Below the pieces are notes generated by a model. The model ran no database searches. It was not told the DNA's origin and worked only from the letters and a program-made list of their open reading frames with translations. A stretch of DNA of 62,689 bases, counting the filler, from Choristocarpus tenellus KU-1152 (taxonomy: Eukaryota; Protista; Phaeophyceae): assembly GCA_964200185.2 (NCBI GenBank). It is 8 parts of 8 records of this genome, joined end to end, with 100 filler letters (N's around TTAATTAATTAA, not from the genome) between each part and the next. Parts side by side here need not be neighbours in the genome. Positions count along the whole stretch, not along the records: positions 1 to 9,625 come from CAXNAD020003522.1; positions 9,726 to 18,741 come from CAXNAD020004078.1; positions 18,842 to 34,567 come from CAXNAD020000939.1; 5 more parts are not named here. One strand, 5' to 3'. Position numbers and translations under genes: made by a program. Positions 1 through 18,867 of the stretch are shown here, piece by piece; position 1 is the stretch's first letter, and every line of letters starts with the position of its first letter.

Positions 1-676
1 TAGGAGGGTGGGTGGGGGGTGGGTGGGTGGGTGGGACAAAGGAGGCATCAAATCCAGTCATACATTGAACAAACCTCTAGCAAAATAAATCTGCCATTCA
101 AAAAAGGCGAGGTGTGCATGGGTTTGAGATATAACATCTACAGTTGTATGACTACTTCTCACTATCAAATCCACAAAAGAACTATTGTCACACCTATTGA
201 TGCAACTTGGTCAATGGGGGCACTATTGCATGAAATGAACAGACACTAAAAACGTAAGCTGCATCAGGTGGAAGAGATAGTGATAACAGTTAAAATAATC
301 AAAAATAGAGGTAACGCCCAAGAGCATACCTAAGAAACACCTACCTATTTAAACACCCACCCTGCCTAACCCTCAACTCCCTTATCCCCCCCTCTGCCCC
401 TGCCCACTTCATGTCAACATACATGCAAATCCAAAGCATGCAAATCCCAACACTTACATGGCATTCATAAGTCATTCAACACACAACAAAAGACCTCTTC
501 CTTCCTAAACACAAAACTTCACAACCACACCCATCTCACACAGAAAACTACAAAAAAAATAGGTTGCAATACCTTGTGAGGCGATGACCTCATCAAATAC
601 ACCATGCTGACTACAATACACCAATCCATTAATACCCTCTCAGTCATCACACCAAAATCCTCCTTCCAAAACACAC

Positions 677-6679
<6,003 letters not shown>

Positions 6680-6926
6680 ATTGCGCAGCTCCTTCCCTCT
6701 GTAATTGAGGAATGTGGTGCAACCAACCCTCTCTTTTGTCCTTTCCACACCAATACCAACTATACTACTAAGCCAAAGTCGCGACTCTTCTCACTCGTGG
6801 CTATGAGAGACTCTATGGAGGGGGTTTTAATAAATCTTGAAGAGGGAATCTCTCCTCACGAACCCTAACCCTATCCCCCTTTTTAAATACATACACTGTC
6901 ACATCAACAACCCAGGTCGAAGAAGC
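6680..6926. promoter_or_regulatory. Compact bidirectional promoter region between LysRS and the plastid-targeted protein
   Basis: Two divergent ATGs are separated by 247 bp, in CpG-rich surroundings, with AACCCTAACCCT at 6861-6872. Confidence 0.6.
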
Positions 6927-7824
6927 ATGTTGACTTTGCAAGGTGCCACGTCCAAAGTCTCTGCTCTAGTGACCATCCAACTCGCTGCAACAGTATTGGC
7001 ATGGTATTCGCCAGCTTCCCTAACTCGCTCGACAAGTTGGCTTGCATCCCAAAGTTCGTCGAATGTTGCTTGGTCACAACTTCGACAACAGACCTCTGTC
7101 GGTTCCCGTTTCCACGTCGGTGAGGCTCCGACTCCCTTGTTTGAAGTCATTTTCCATGTTACTCAAAGGAAATTTACTCCTCGAATCTTAGGTTCCGTCT
7201 GTGGGTGGCTGGAATCATGGAATCTTCTTCGTGCTAACCCCCAACGCATCCTACACACTTCCTTGTGACAACATTCGAAGTTTCGCTCCTACCCGAAGTC
7301 CATTACCCATTTAATCGATGTTTCCCCGGATTTTTATTCACCCAGTTACGGTTCAATCCAGCCCATCTATAAGATGGCGAGCAACGGTGGCAATGTCCAC
7401 AAGCGAGGACTCGGAGACATCGGACCCTGGAGTCCCAGAGATAGGCGACAGAGAGGTGGATGAGGTCACCAAAGAAGTTCCCTCAGTATTCAAAGTTCGG
7501 GGTCTGCAGAAAGACCGATGGCGAGCTACACCGTGGTCGGAAGGTAGGGAGGATGTGGAGGTCATGGAGAGCAAGGGAGTAAGCGACGATCAGGGGGTGG
7601 CCGACACGCGGTCGACATGGGAAAAGGTACAGAAGGCCCTTGGGCTTGGCTTTTACAGCTACGCAGGCTTAGGGCTTGCCCTCATCATCATATTCCTTAA
7701 CCAAACTCTGGGACTTGGTTGGCTCGCAAAACTACTCGGCGGGGATGGCGGGGGTGTCTTCGTGGAAACCCAGAGCCCATTCCAGGTGGTGCCACTCGAT
7801 GATCCGAGCAATCTTCTACCCTAG
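6927..7824 (+). CDS. Small hypothetical membrane protein with a probable bipartite (signal + transit peptide) plastid presequence. Exons 6927-7119, 7346-7824
   Basis: ATG at 6927 gives MLTLQGATSKVSALVTIQLAATVLA|W followed by a Ser/Thr-rich, acid-free stretch. A phase-1 intron (GTGAGG...tttttattcacccAG) joins it in frame to ORF 7318-7824, which has a C-terminal hydrophobic segment (LGFYSYAGLGLALIIIFLNQTLGLGWL). Confidence 0.72.
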
Positions 7825-9570
7825 GGTTATGGTAGAATGACGTGGCCAAGCACCCATACCAGATTGTAGGTCATAGGACGAGTTAGGGTAGGAGTCTCTA
7901 GTGTAGTGTTGCTTATCACCCTTGTACCATCACTGACTAGTTATCAAGTCACTACTGACTGTGCTTCGGTGTTCTCTAGGGCATATAGTATAATGTGATA
8001 GAATACGGGACATCCAGCATAGGTTAATAGACGCATGTCGTTAGAAGGGTGAAGAACGTATAGGACAATGGGTTATGCGGCTGTGTTAGTCATTATCTGT
8101 ATATACAATTCGACTGTGCACAAAGTACCTATTTCCACAATTCCTTGATTTCTTTAATGTATTTCTTCTACCCTTACGGTAACAGTGCTTCACAGGATTA
8201 GTACAGTCTCTAGCGTCACTTATAGATCCCTCTGTGATACTTCAACCACTGCAGTTAGTGTTGTGGTTGATAGTTTCATTCTGAGCTTTGCACACCTTCT
8301 CCCACGCCTATCCTTACCCCAAGTTCCAAAATCACCATCAAAGTGAGGGTGATGCATCTACTGTCTCTCTCATGCACAATCCTAAGCACCAGTATGTATG
8401 TTATAGTCTACACACACATAAGATAGTGATGGAAGTGCCAGTAAACACACCACAGATCATTTCCTTCAGTCTACTCTCCTTGTCACAGGGTCACATATGC
8501 TGCAGTCTAGGGACACACCATGCACTTCCTCTCTGAACTACGTTTACCTGTACCTACAGGTTGCAGTGTTCATGCAGTTAGAACCTTACTGCATACTACT
8601 CAAATATTTTCACAAGTACGCCAAGAATGGGCAAAAACTCCTATGCCTGTGGGGAAAAAAAAGAGAAGAGAATTGAATATGAGGGGACGAGAAATGTCAT
8701 CTCGTGAGCCAGTTGTCAGTCAGCTGTTGGCTTTTTGTACAATGGTTAGAATTGAAAGCACTTGTTTGGTGCATTTTTTTGCTTCTCCTTACATGCTGGT
8801 GGTACATGTAATAGAACAGTCCATGTTGTCACCCTAAGTTGTGAGGAGGTACCGCAGAAGGTAAGGTGGCACACGTACACACACAACCTCGATACACCCG
8901 TGACCTTTTTTCAATGTATCTGCTACTTGTATCACTGTTTGCACCACATACATACAAAGCTAACTGCCCGCTCTAAGGTATGCCTTAGGAAAGACATTCC
9001 AGTCGGCAAGGCATATTATTCTGGGTTGGCATGAGCGTCAATGTGAATTTCGGACCATACTTGAAGATCATTACGGGTGAGGTCATGATGTTAGATTTTT
9101 GTTGCTGTTCCTTTCTTGGATGGACGTTTCAAGCATGAACCACAAAACACTTTTAGGCCTGCAGAGTGCACTGTATTATTACTTCATGTTTCCAGTGTGT
9201 GCAATTTATCTATTATTATTATTATTATTATTATTATTTTCGTTGCACAGATAAAAGATATGTCACCAAATGTCTATTTTGGAAAAAGGGTTAAAACATT
9301 TAAAATCCTCAGCCTCGGCGGAACAGTATGATTTTGGAGAAAATGATCACGGCATGAAGTATTGAAAATATACTGTCAGCTGTACAGACGTATCTTGGCA
9401 ATATACCGTACTATATAGATCTGTTCCACCAATCCCCCAATCTCTGATTGGCGAAAATCTCTGACTTGGCCTCGAAATCGTTGAGCCGATTTTCTTCTAG
9501 CCATTTTTGGTGCTATGCTTGGAAAGATAATTCTCTGGTTGGACCCCATGAAGGAAAGACCAATATATTT

Positions 9571-9625
9571 GAGCCAAAGTATCTTAGAGGGTAGAGCCAC
9601 GTCCATTTGGGGGTCAAAATACAAT
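9571..9625 (+). mobile_element. MITE family A, left end truncated by spacer
   Basis: GAGCCAAAGTATCTTAGAGGGTAG...GTCCATTTGGGGGTCAAAAT matches the left ends at 14209 and 32713. Confidence 0.8.
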
Positions 9626-9725
9626 NNNNNNNNNNNNNNNNNNNNNNNNNNNNNNNNNNNNNNNNNNNNTTAATTAATTAANNNNNNNNNNNNNNNNNNN
9701 NNNNNNNNNNNNNNNNNNNNNNNNN
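9626..9725. other. Artificial 100-nt contig spacer N44-TTAATTAATTAA-N44. Identical spacers at 18742-18841, 34568-34667, 38435-38534, 46439-46538, 52459-52558 and 59843-59942
   Basis: Identical length and core each time; TTAATTAATTAA places stops in all six frames. Confidence 0.97.
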
Positions 9726-12700
9726 ATGTAGACACCCCCCCCCTCCCAGATACTTTGGGTCTGATGGACTGTTGTATCATCTTGCAGAAAGCAAAACATG
9801 GAATGACTCAGTCGAGGAGTGCTGGAATAAGAAGAGGGAATGCATGCTGAAGGCAATCAAAGCATTTCAATATTACTTCAATTAACAACAAACAACACAT
9901 GCTTCCCCTTTTCGTTATTCCATTGAACTGATGTTGCAGGGGTGGGAAGAGACTGTGGACGCATCCATGACGCACTTGCTGCGTACCACACTAGCCAAGA
10001 CTGCTAAGGAGCTGGTTCCCACTCCCACGAGGGAACAGTCAATTACTATGCCAACTGACACAGTCAAGCTCAAGAAGCACATTTCTATTGTTTGTGACCG
10101 TCTCAATAAGGGAGCAAGGCTAATCATCCACCCTTCTTCCCCCCCTCAATGTTCACCTCAATCAAAAGGGGGAAAATGCAATGAAGGTCCCACACTTGCG
10201 CACGCACAAAATACTCTAGGAGGTCTTGTAGGAGGGTAGGTATGGGTCATGTCAAGGGGATACAACTAGCTTGATAGATACATTGCATTACGGGCTACCA
10301 TTGTGTGGACATATTGCTTGTGCAAGGGAACAAGCAAAATTATAGATAGCATCCAAGTTACTACTATGATGTGCAAGGACCAAGTATCGCCTCCCTTCTG
10401 CAATGGCCCTACTCCGACCTCTCCAAGGCTATCTGGAGGTTGGTTCTCTCTCCAGCTTAATATCGGTTCCTATGTTGGTTTCATAGCCCTCAACGAGGTG
10501 TAAAGTGTACTCTCTTTTACCCCTCCTTAACGAAAGAAATGCAAGCCTACGACAGTATGAGGGATCCCAAGAAATTCGTGTGGTAGTTACTTGACACAAT
10601 CCATGCAATAGAGGTTCAAACATGTCCAAGAAGAAGGGATGCGAAAAATGCAACCGTCATGCAGGAGAACACGTGAAAATGGGATTTGATATCTGGTTGG
10701 TGGTACGTATGAGGGTGAAAGATACTAGGGCAAAAAAGCTTGTACAGTTTGTCGTAGATACCGACCACCAACCACAATTTCTTCATCCAGCGTCAGCACC
10801 AATTTCTGCTCCTACTGGTGTCTGCAAACTACCACGTCCTCGACCTTTATCTAAATCACCAAATGTTGGAGGAGCTCAACTTGCACAATTAAAAAAAAAA
10901 ATCTTCTGCAATTTTATATGTGGTATACAATACTAGACAACAGTACGTCCCCACGCCGCCTCCTGCTTTTACCAAAACAACGCAAAGCTGTTTGTAGATT
11001 ACCTAACATGGTCATTGTGTAGGGTGTGAGAAAGATACAGTAAATTTTGGAAGAGGGTATCTTCATCACAGTCGCAGCCCGTTCCTGTCACAAAAACTTA
11101 AGGCTTCTGTTTGATTCTTTCTCGAGTTGTGCGTATCATCTTCATACTGTACGTATATTGTATCACGAACATGAAGTCGTCATCATTACTATCCTTCTTA
11201 CGAGTGTCCTCCTCTTCATGGACAGTGATTTAGTGAACCTTGACTCCCAAGTCAACCCCGTCGAATATTGAGATACCATTGTTCTGTTACAATACTCTTC
11301 CAACTGTATTGGAGATAACTAGAAGTATACATATAGAATCAATATATAATAGTTATTAGTTGGTAAATCCATATTTGCTCTTGTATACGAACGGATGGAT
11401 AGGAATTGACTCGATTGACTATGGTGATTTAAGGTTTTATGGTCGGCCCCCTCTGCTGAAGATAATCACTCCTCTACAACATTTGGCATGATCTCTTTAA
11501 CTATCATTCCTATCCATATATGAGTCGGGGGATACTTAAGCATGTTCCACTTGGGCAAATAGTTGGAAAATAGTCACAACTATCTGCCCTGGTGAAATTG
11601 TGGTTACCTCAGTATTTGACAAACCTGCCCCTTTGCACACTCGTTATGTATGAGGTGCCCACAGAACTCACAGGGCGGAAAAAGAACCAGACATCAACGC
11701 ACTCACACACACACACGATAAAACCTTGAATTACATGAATCGGCGGTTCTATTTCAGCGAAGAGGTGACGTAGTGCACGGAAGAACTGGTGAAATCAGAT
11801 GTGAGGAATCTTAAGACATGCTTTGTGAAGAGGCTGATAGGATACCATGAAGCACAGCACTATTCAGTGCTGTGGTCCAGGATAGCGATGCTAACCGCAA
11901 CACTACTGCTACATTTATAGGGGTAAGCTAGGTTGGAGGCATAGGAGCAATATAGACATAACATTATGATTTCCGAGCTTTAAGGGCGTGTTTGTGATGT
12001 AGCTGCTTTTGAAATAGTATATCATTTTCCGAGAGATGTCCTCCACATTTACGACAACTGATACCTACCTTTACAGGGGTTCTTATGATATTGGTTTGGC
12101 TTTTTCTCTGACACATCTCAAAAATGTCAGAACAATACAAATTTGGATACCTGCTGACTACAGAATAATTATTTTGCCTTCCAATATGATATTGTTATGC
12201 CCTCACACATTTATGTCCTCGAAAAAAAAACAAAAAACATAATTACTAGTGGACAAGCCAACGGTAGACACTAGGTGATGGTACTGAACTGTATCCACAC
12301 AACACTAAAACCATGTGGTGTAGGGTTGAGCTAGGTTGGAGGCATAGCAGGAGTGTATACATCGCATTGTAATTGTTAGCTTTTATGGGAGTGGCGTATT
12401 ATACCTGGTAGTCAAATAGTAAGTAGATTTTGGCGAGATATCTTTAACATTTACGACAACTGTTACTGTTACAGCATATCTGCCGACACCCTCGTAACAT
12501 TCTCCAATTGTTGGGTAGAAGGACAATATATGATTCCCATCATGATTCGATAAAATTGATAATGAGGTGAAGAAGAGCAAAATGTGAAGAGGGGTAGTTG
12601 TATCTTAGCTGCCAACGGGATCATGATGGTTGTAATACCAAAGGATGGATCCCAGGGGAGGTTCTTTATATGATTTGTGATTGGTGTCGGCAACAACAGA

Positions 12701-14208
12701 AGGGTATACGGAACGTGCAGCCACCACCAGTGGAATAGATAATAGGATTGAGAGCCATCCATAGACATAGCATGTGTATTGACTCGCTACTGTCCATTGA
12801 TTTGTGTCATGTTCTACATACGCTTGCTATACTGAAAAAAACAAGTAAATAAGTGATTCATAGTAAATTAGTGTGAACGATTGCAAACCCCACACTGTAG
12901 GAATAGTAATGGGTGCCACCAATTGTGCCCCACAAGTTCAGTCAGTGGAATTGACGCCACAAGCCCCTTGTAACGCTAGCATTCTATATTAACACCAAGC
13001 CACTTATTATCCTCTACCAAGACACACGATTGATCATCTTAACTGCGGGCCCAGTGTGGAATATTTCAACACCACCACCTACCTTGGGGTATGTGTGATT
13101 GACCAGAGATATAAGGACATATAGGGACCTATATGCATGCCCTCTGGTGTCATGTGCGGTATTTGGGGATGTGTGGAGTGGCATACAACACAACAACCAC
13201 CTAGTACTATACTGATCGCTGTCGTTCACCAAATGTAGGTTCTCAGACAGATTTAGAAAGAGTTCTTGGCTAGAGAGAGCATGGACAACACGTACATGAC
13301 ATGTCTGTCTATCAAAGGGCTTCAAGTACTGTGTACTTTAAATGTAGTATTATTGTACACGAGTCTGACGTTCTTAATGTCCGAGGTTATAGGTAATATA
13401 TAGGTAGAAAAGCAATGAATGAACATGCAAGGAAATACCCGGATTGAGGAAAAGAAGGGAAAAAAGGTGCAAATTGAATGGATCAAGAGCAAGGTCTAGC
13501 TAGGTGTACGAACCAGTTCCAGTATGTGCCAGCACCAATACCAAGATCCAGTGCTACCCTTCCATTCATCCGATAAAACGGTCGAAATACAACAACAGTT
13601 GCAGACCCAACCATTTGAACTCGATTCCTGCAATTAGTGTAAATCGACTTTAGAAGTCAAACCAATACCGATATGACACCAGTGTTCCAATTTCAAAGAA
13701 GGATGCACTCTCAGCTTTTGATTGAGATTTTGGTCGGGTTGGTGTGTGAGGGTATAGTGGAGCAACAGTTTCCGCCCCCTTCGGGGCCCTCATAGGTATC
13801 AACCCCTGTGTTCTCTCTGGTCAACTGAGAAACGTGTCAATGAATGGAAGTATATATTGATCTCCGCAAGCCTCATTAGGCGCACATCATTTTGATTAGT
13901 ACAATATCACGACTTTTTACAGTTCAAGTTCCAAGTTGTCTCTATCCCCTCCCCTTACACTTTATTTACTGTACAGGCGTTAGTATGATTAATGGTTCAG
14001 AGATTGCGACTGAACAGGACCCCGGATTGGTCCACACCTCAAAAAATAATGTACGATATACATTCGTACCTGACCCACACCAGTCTATATTTGATTATAT
14101 GATAACCGTATCACATGAGACATAAAAATATACCCACATATATTTGGAATAATTTTAGGGGTCCGTACAACATATTTCCACACGATGGGTCCGACCCATC
14201 TTGTTGGA

Positions 14209-14470
14209 GAGCCAAAGTATCTTAGAGGGTAGGACGGCGTCCATTTGGAGGTCAAAATCCATTGTTGCAATTTTGATGAAAAAATTGCTATCGTGTTTGT
14301 TAGGAAGTGTCAATGTCCTTGTTTCGGACACACCTTTTCATAACGTACACATTTTACCTACTCGAAACACTTTGGAGTAGGAAAATGTCATAAAAAAACC
14401 CATGGGGAGGCAAGCCCCAAATGGACAAACAGGGCAAAACTCGTACCCTAACCCTAAGATACTTTCACTC
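14209..14470 (+). mobile_element. MITE family A, full length (~260 bp)
   Basis: TIRs GAGCCAAAGTATCT / AGATACTTTCACTC; colinear with 32713-32971. No TSD is recognisable here. Confidence 0.85.
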
Positions 14471-15053
14471 GCATGGTTTATGAAAAAAATGTCCTACTAG
14501 AGTTGCCAGTCCCTACACACAAATACTGCTCCAAAGTAATTTTGTAGGAGTCGTGCAACTGATTTATTGAACACCTTGTTGTTGTGTCTATGGTGTCTGA
14601 GGCAACGGAGGACAGGAAAGGTAAATATGCCAAAGCATCTGATTGAACATCCAGTCCGCAATCATGCAAGACAACACCTCATTGGTCCAACAAAGAAATA
14701 TATCTCTAATAATGAATTCTAACTGCAACTATACTAACTGCAGCTGTAAAGATAAATTTGTCTTGCAAAATGTGAAATATTTATCTCATCTTATGGATTG
14801 AAACGATCAAGAATTTCGTTGAAAATACAGGAATAAAATATGTCCTCAGAGCAATCATATCCCCCCAGCCTCGTCTTCTCTTTCACTCTACTCCTGTCGC
14901 TTCATAACCATTGGTGAGGTCAATATCACCAAATCAAGTTCCCCACTTCAGAAGTCCCCTACCCCCCTACCCCCCTGACTTCAACACCTGTCTTGTAATT
15001 ACCTCATTATGTGGTGCTCATCTACCTGGGTCTCTCTCATCATGTTGTTGCAG

Positions 15054-18000
15054 CACATGTCCTGAGCGGAAATCATGTGCCTCGGGTTCAACAACATCCA
15101 CCTGGTCCAGCTGCCAGGCCGGCTATTACTGCCCAGAGGGCACACCTTCACCAGATGTGTTCCCATGTGATCCTGGGACATACTCCAACCGCTCTAACCT
15201 TGCCTCAGCAGATGAGTGTACCATCTGTCCTCCGTCATTCTACTGTGTGGGAGGAAGTAGCTCGGTGGATGGTCCATGTTTTGCTGGTTACTATTGCCCA
15301 CCAGGAACTGGGAGCGCAACCGAGAATGCCTGCCCTGCTGGGACATACTCACCTTCTACCTCATTATACCTGGAGAGTCAGTGCGTGGACTGCCCATCAG
15401 GGTGCGAAATAGGGTATTCCAGAGTTTGTGTGTGACTCAAGATGGATATTTGCTATAACCTAGAAGATGTCTTTTCATGTGCACTGGCAAAACGACAGAT
15501 TAATCTACTTTGGGTATTAGAAATTCTACCCTACAGGAGTCATCAGTAACTCTCAAACATAAAAAAATATAAAACATTATTTCCTGATCAGGTACTACTG
15601 TCCCGAAGCATCAACGTCAGCTGAGCCCTGCCCTGCTGGCACCTACACCTCATATAACAACACTGAGGTAAATCTAGAATACTGAGGTTAGGTATAAAAC
15701 AATTTGATGAAAGTATTGAAATCTCTCCTATAACACGCAATACACTATTAGATTTGATCCCATTATGGAGCAATATGCCCAGTATCATCTGGTGTATTTC
15801 TAATGACTCTCTGGATCGAATACAGGACGCTGGACCAGGGTCATACCCAAGCTGTACAGAATGCCCAGCAGGTTACTACTGTGAGGAGACTTCAAGAGAG
15901 CCAACGGAGTGTGGGACAGGTAAGAGTGGTGCACAGCTTTTTGAAATATGCGGAAGAGAATGGAGATCGATTCTGTAAACCTATTAAGTAGTACTGCAAA
16001 ACCTCAACTAATAATTTCGAAACGGGGGTCCTACATGAAGATATTTTCAACACCCCCCACCTACCTAAAACTCATCTGGACCCAACATTATTACCTCATC
16101 ACGCTTTGAATCACGCAATGTCAACTTAATATGTTTACATTTCAAGGAGGGTATACCTTCTACTACCAAATGACGAACTGATCTGGTGACGTTGTGAAAG
16201 TATACTTCAAAGTAGTTCTTAACGAGTTTGTAGCAACCCCACACCTTCTTTCCTGACTTCTGTTAGCTGAACCTCAATATTATATGACAAAGGACTTTGC
16301 AGGAATATTTTACAGAGTCTGAGAAAATTTCTATCTAGTTTTATGATGCATCTTGTTTCTGGTTGCCTTATTCATGGTGATGATTTGTCATGGTGTCCAA
16401 TTTAATAATCTCTGCTCCCCTGATCCAAGGGTTTCATTCCGATTATGGGGCTGATGCCTGCTCCATGTGTGAGGCTGGGTATTACTGTGGAGGTAATACT
16501 ACGCAGACAAGCAACATGTACTCTGGTGGTGGAGACTGGGATAGCTCTGAGGATGATGAAGGGAAATGCTTTAACGGAACATATTGCCCTGCTGGCATGG
16601 CACGTGCTCCAGGCGAGTAAATACCATTCAGAATGCTTGCTATGATATTTTCTGCTTTGACGCATGGGTGATGCAATGACCTTAATCTTGCCAGACAACA
16701 CAATGTTAATTTTTTCTCTCCCTCTATCAAAAAAATTATTTTATCTGAACATACCTGCACACTGATGGAGGTAGATCTTCTCAGGGACTCTTGCATGGCT
16801 GGGTACTACTGCCCAGTGGCAGCAGCAAACCCTTATGCATGCCCTTCCGGCACATACAACCCTCATGGGGGTATGGATGATGCCACAGACTGCCAGATTT
16901 CCCCAGCTGGATACTATACCATCGAAGCAGCCACAAATTCAACCGGATCTTGCTCCCCAGGGTACTATTGCCCGGCTGGATCAACAGGACCAGAGCAGGT
17001 GAAAATACGTACAAAGCAGATACAAGAAACAGATGTACTATGTGCCTCAACCATTAACTCTCTGTCTTACTGAGGGTGAAAGTATTCTAGAGGGTACGAT
17101 ATTTGCCCTGCTTGTCCGTTTGGGGCTTGGCTTCCTATGGCTCAAAGTAAATGGGGTGGCGGCTGTCCATTTGGGGAAAATATTTTCATGTCGCAATTTT
17201 TGGGTGGTTTGGTTCCATAAGTCAGATGGATAATGTAAGTGAGCTTTTCCTAGTTTTGGTCCAAATGGACGATCTAGTGTAGACCCCCCTCCCCCCCCCA
17301 GATGCTATGACATTTTCCTACTTCAAAATACTTCGGAGTAGGTAAAATGTATACGTTATGAAAAGGTGTGTCCCGAACAAGGCTATTGACATTTCCTAAC
17401 AAACACGAAACCCAAAATTACATCAAAATCGCTACATTGGATTTTGTCCCCCAAATGGACGTGACCCTACCCTCTAAGATACTTTGGCTCTGACTTTCTG
17501 TGTAGGACTAATTCCTATTGTCACTCATTTTCACACACTGTGAATGTGATGTTCTCGTTAGAGTCGTTCCCAACACTCTGTATCTGCTCCTACTGATCCC
17601 TATACTTAACTATTAATGAAACAAGCCAAATCATTGCTCCCAAGCCTCCTGACTGATATATTTTGAGGTATTCCTATTACCTCCTTTGTCATATCTAAGA
17701 TGAAAATTTCAAGTCTTTCATACTAAAGTCAAGCACAGAGCTAAATAGACATAGAAAACAAGATTCTAGCGCAGAGGCTGTCTATTACTATCCCCTCATG
17801 TCTCCGTCACATGAGGATCGGCCAATTTGTCTGCCATGCCTGCGTGTGGCAGGTACCATGCCCTACACGCTTTTATAGATCTCAGTATGGGGCCACGGAC
17901 CTAGATGACTGTGCTCTTTGTGTCTCTGGCGGGTACTGCCCCTCAGGTTCCACAGAGCCCACTCTTTGCCCTCGGGGATACTACTGTGTAACAGGTGAGG

Positions 18001-18525
18001 TTTTGGTTGTTCCTACCACGCTGGGGATGCTTGAAATAATAAAATGAAAGTTCTAGTGGCCATGGCATGTTATTTAGTGTCTCAAAGTGCATGAAAACAA
18101 CTCTGTACTTCAATAGGTAATTGTTCTAGAGTACACACGAGCAGAAAATATATGGAATTGTGACTGCTATTTGTCCCCCTTGTGGTGTATCATACAATTA
18201 ATTCGAGCCTCAACATTACACCTTTTTCCTCCCAGTCAGAGCATTATGCTTGTCCAACAGCTTCTTACCTCTGCACCACTTTTAGGAGTGTCTGAGCCTG
18301 AGCCATGTCCAGTGGGAACGTATGGCAACACCACTGGAATTCGTCGCATTGATGACTGCACAGACTGTGATGCAGGATATTACTGTGACCAGCGAGGCCT
18401 TTCCAACCCAGCTGGTCCATGTGATCCAGGCTATTACTGCCTGGATGGTTCTTACACTAGTGCCCCCAGTGCTCCAGGCTCCCCACTCACGTCTGATGAG
18501 ACAGATATTGGAGGCTTGTGCTCAG
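15054..18525 (+). CDS. Internal part of a large Cys-rich GCC2/GCC3 (ephrin-receptor-like) repeat surface protein. Exons 15054-15401, 15592-15667, 15826-15919, 16430-16612, 16775-16998, 17853-17994, 18286-18525
   Basis: Repeated C-x-[AP]-G-[YF]-Y-C-P-x-G and CPxGTY motifs occur in seven exons with compatible phases. No start or stop is seen, and the segment ends at the spacer at 18742. Confidence 0.88.
17074..17490 (-). mobile_element. MITE family A (reverse orientation) containing a nested family B copy at ~17140-17305
   Basis: The flanks are the reverse complement of family A and the interior matches family B at 34217-34395. It lies in an intron of the Cys-rich gene. Confidence 0.82.
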
Positions 18526-18867
18526 GTAAGAGCATATACTACATGCACCTACTCTGAAATATACACACTTCCCCTTGCATTCCTTAGTCCAATGAATCTA
18601 GTCTGAGTGAACTGCTAGAGTTCATTATACACTATTACAGCCCTAGAGTATTGGCACCAAGTATCTGGGGGGGGGGGGGGGGGGACGTACAACAGGGGGC
18701 GCTCTGGGGCCCTACGCAGGAAAAGTAAAGTTAATTTTTGCNNNNNNNNNNNNNNNNNNNNNNNNNNNNNNNNNNNNNNNNNNNNTTAATTAATTAANNN
18801 NNNNNNNNNNNNNNNNNNNNNNNNNNNNNNNNNNNNNNNNNCCCCCCCCTCCCAGATACTTTGGGTC

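Noticed and set aside
9670-9681. Recurring TTAATTAATTAA palindrome as a biological motif
   Set aside because: Always centred in exactly 100-nt N-padded spacers; it is an artificial six-frame-stop linker.
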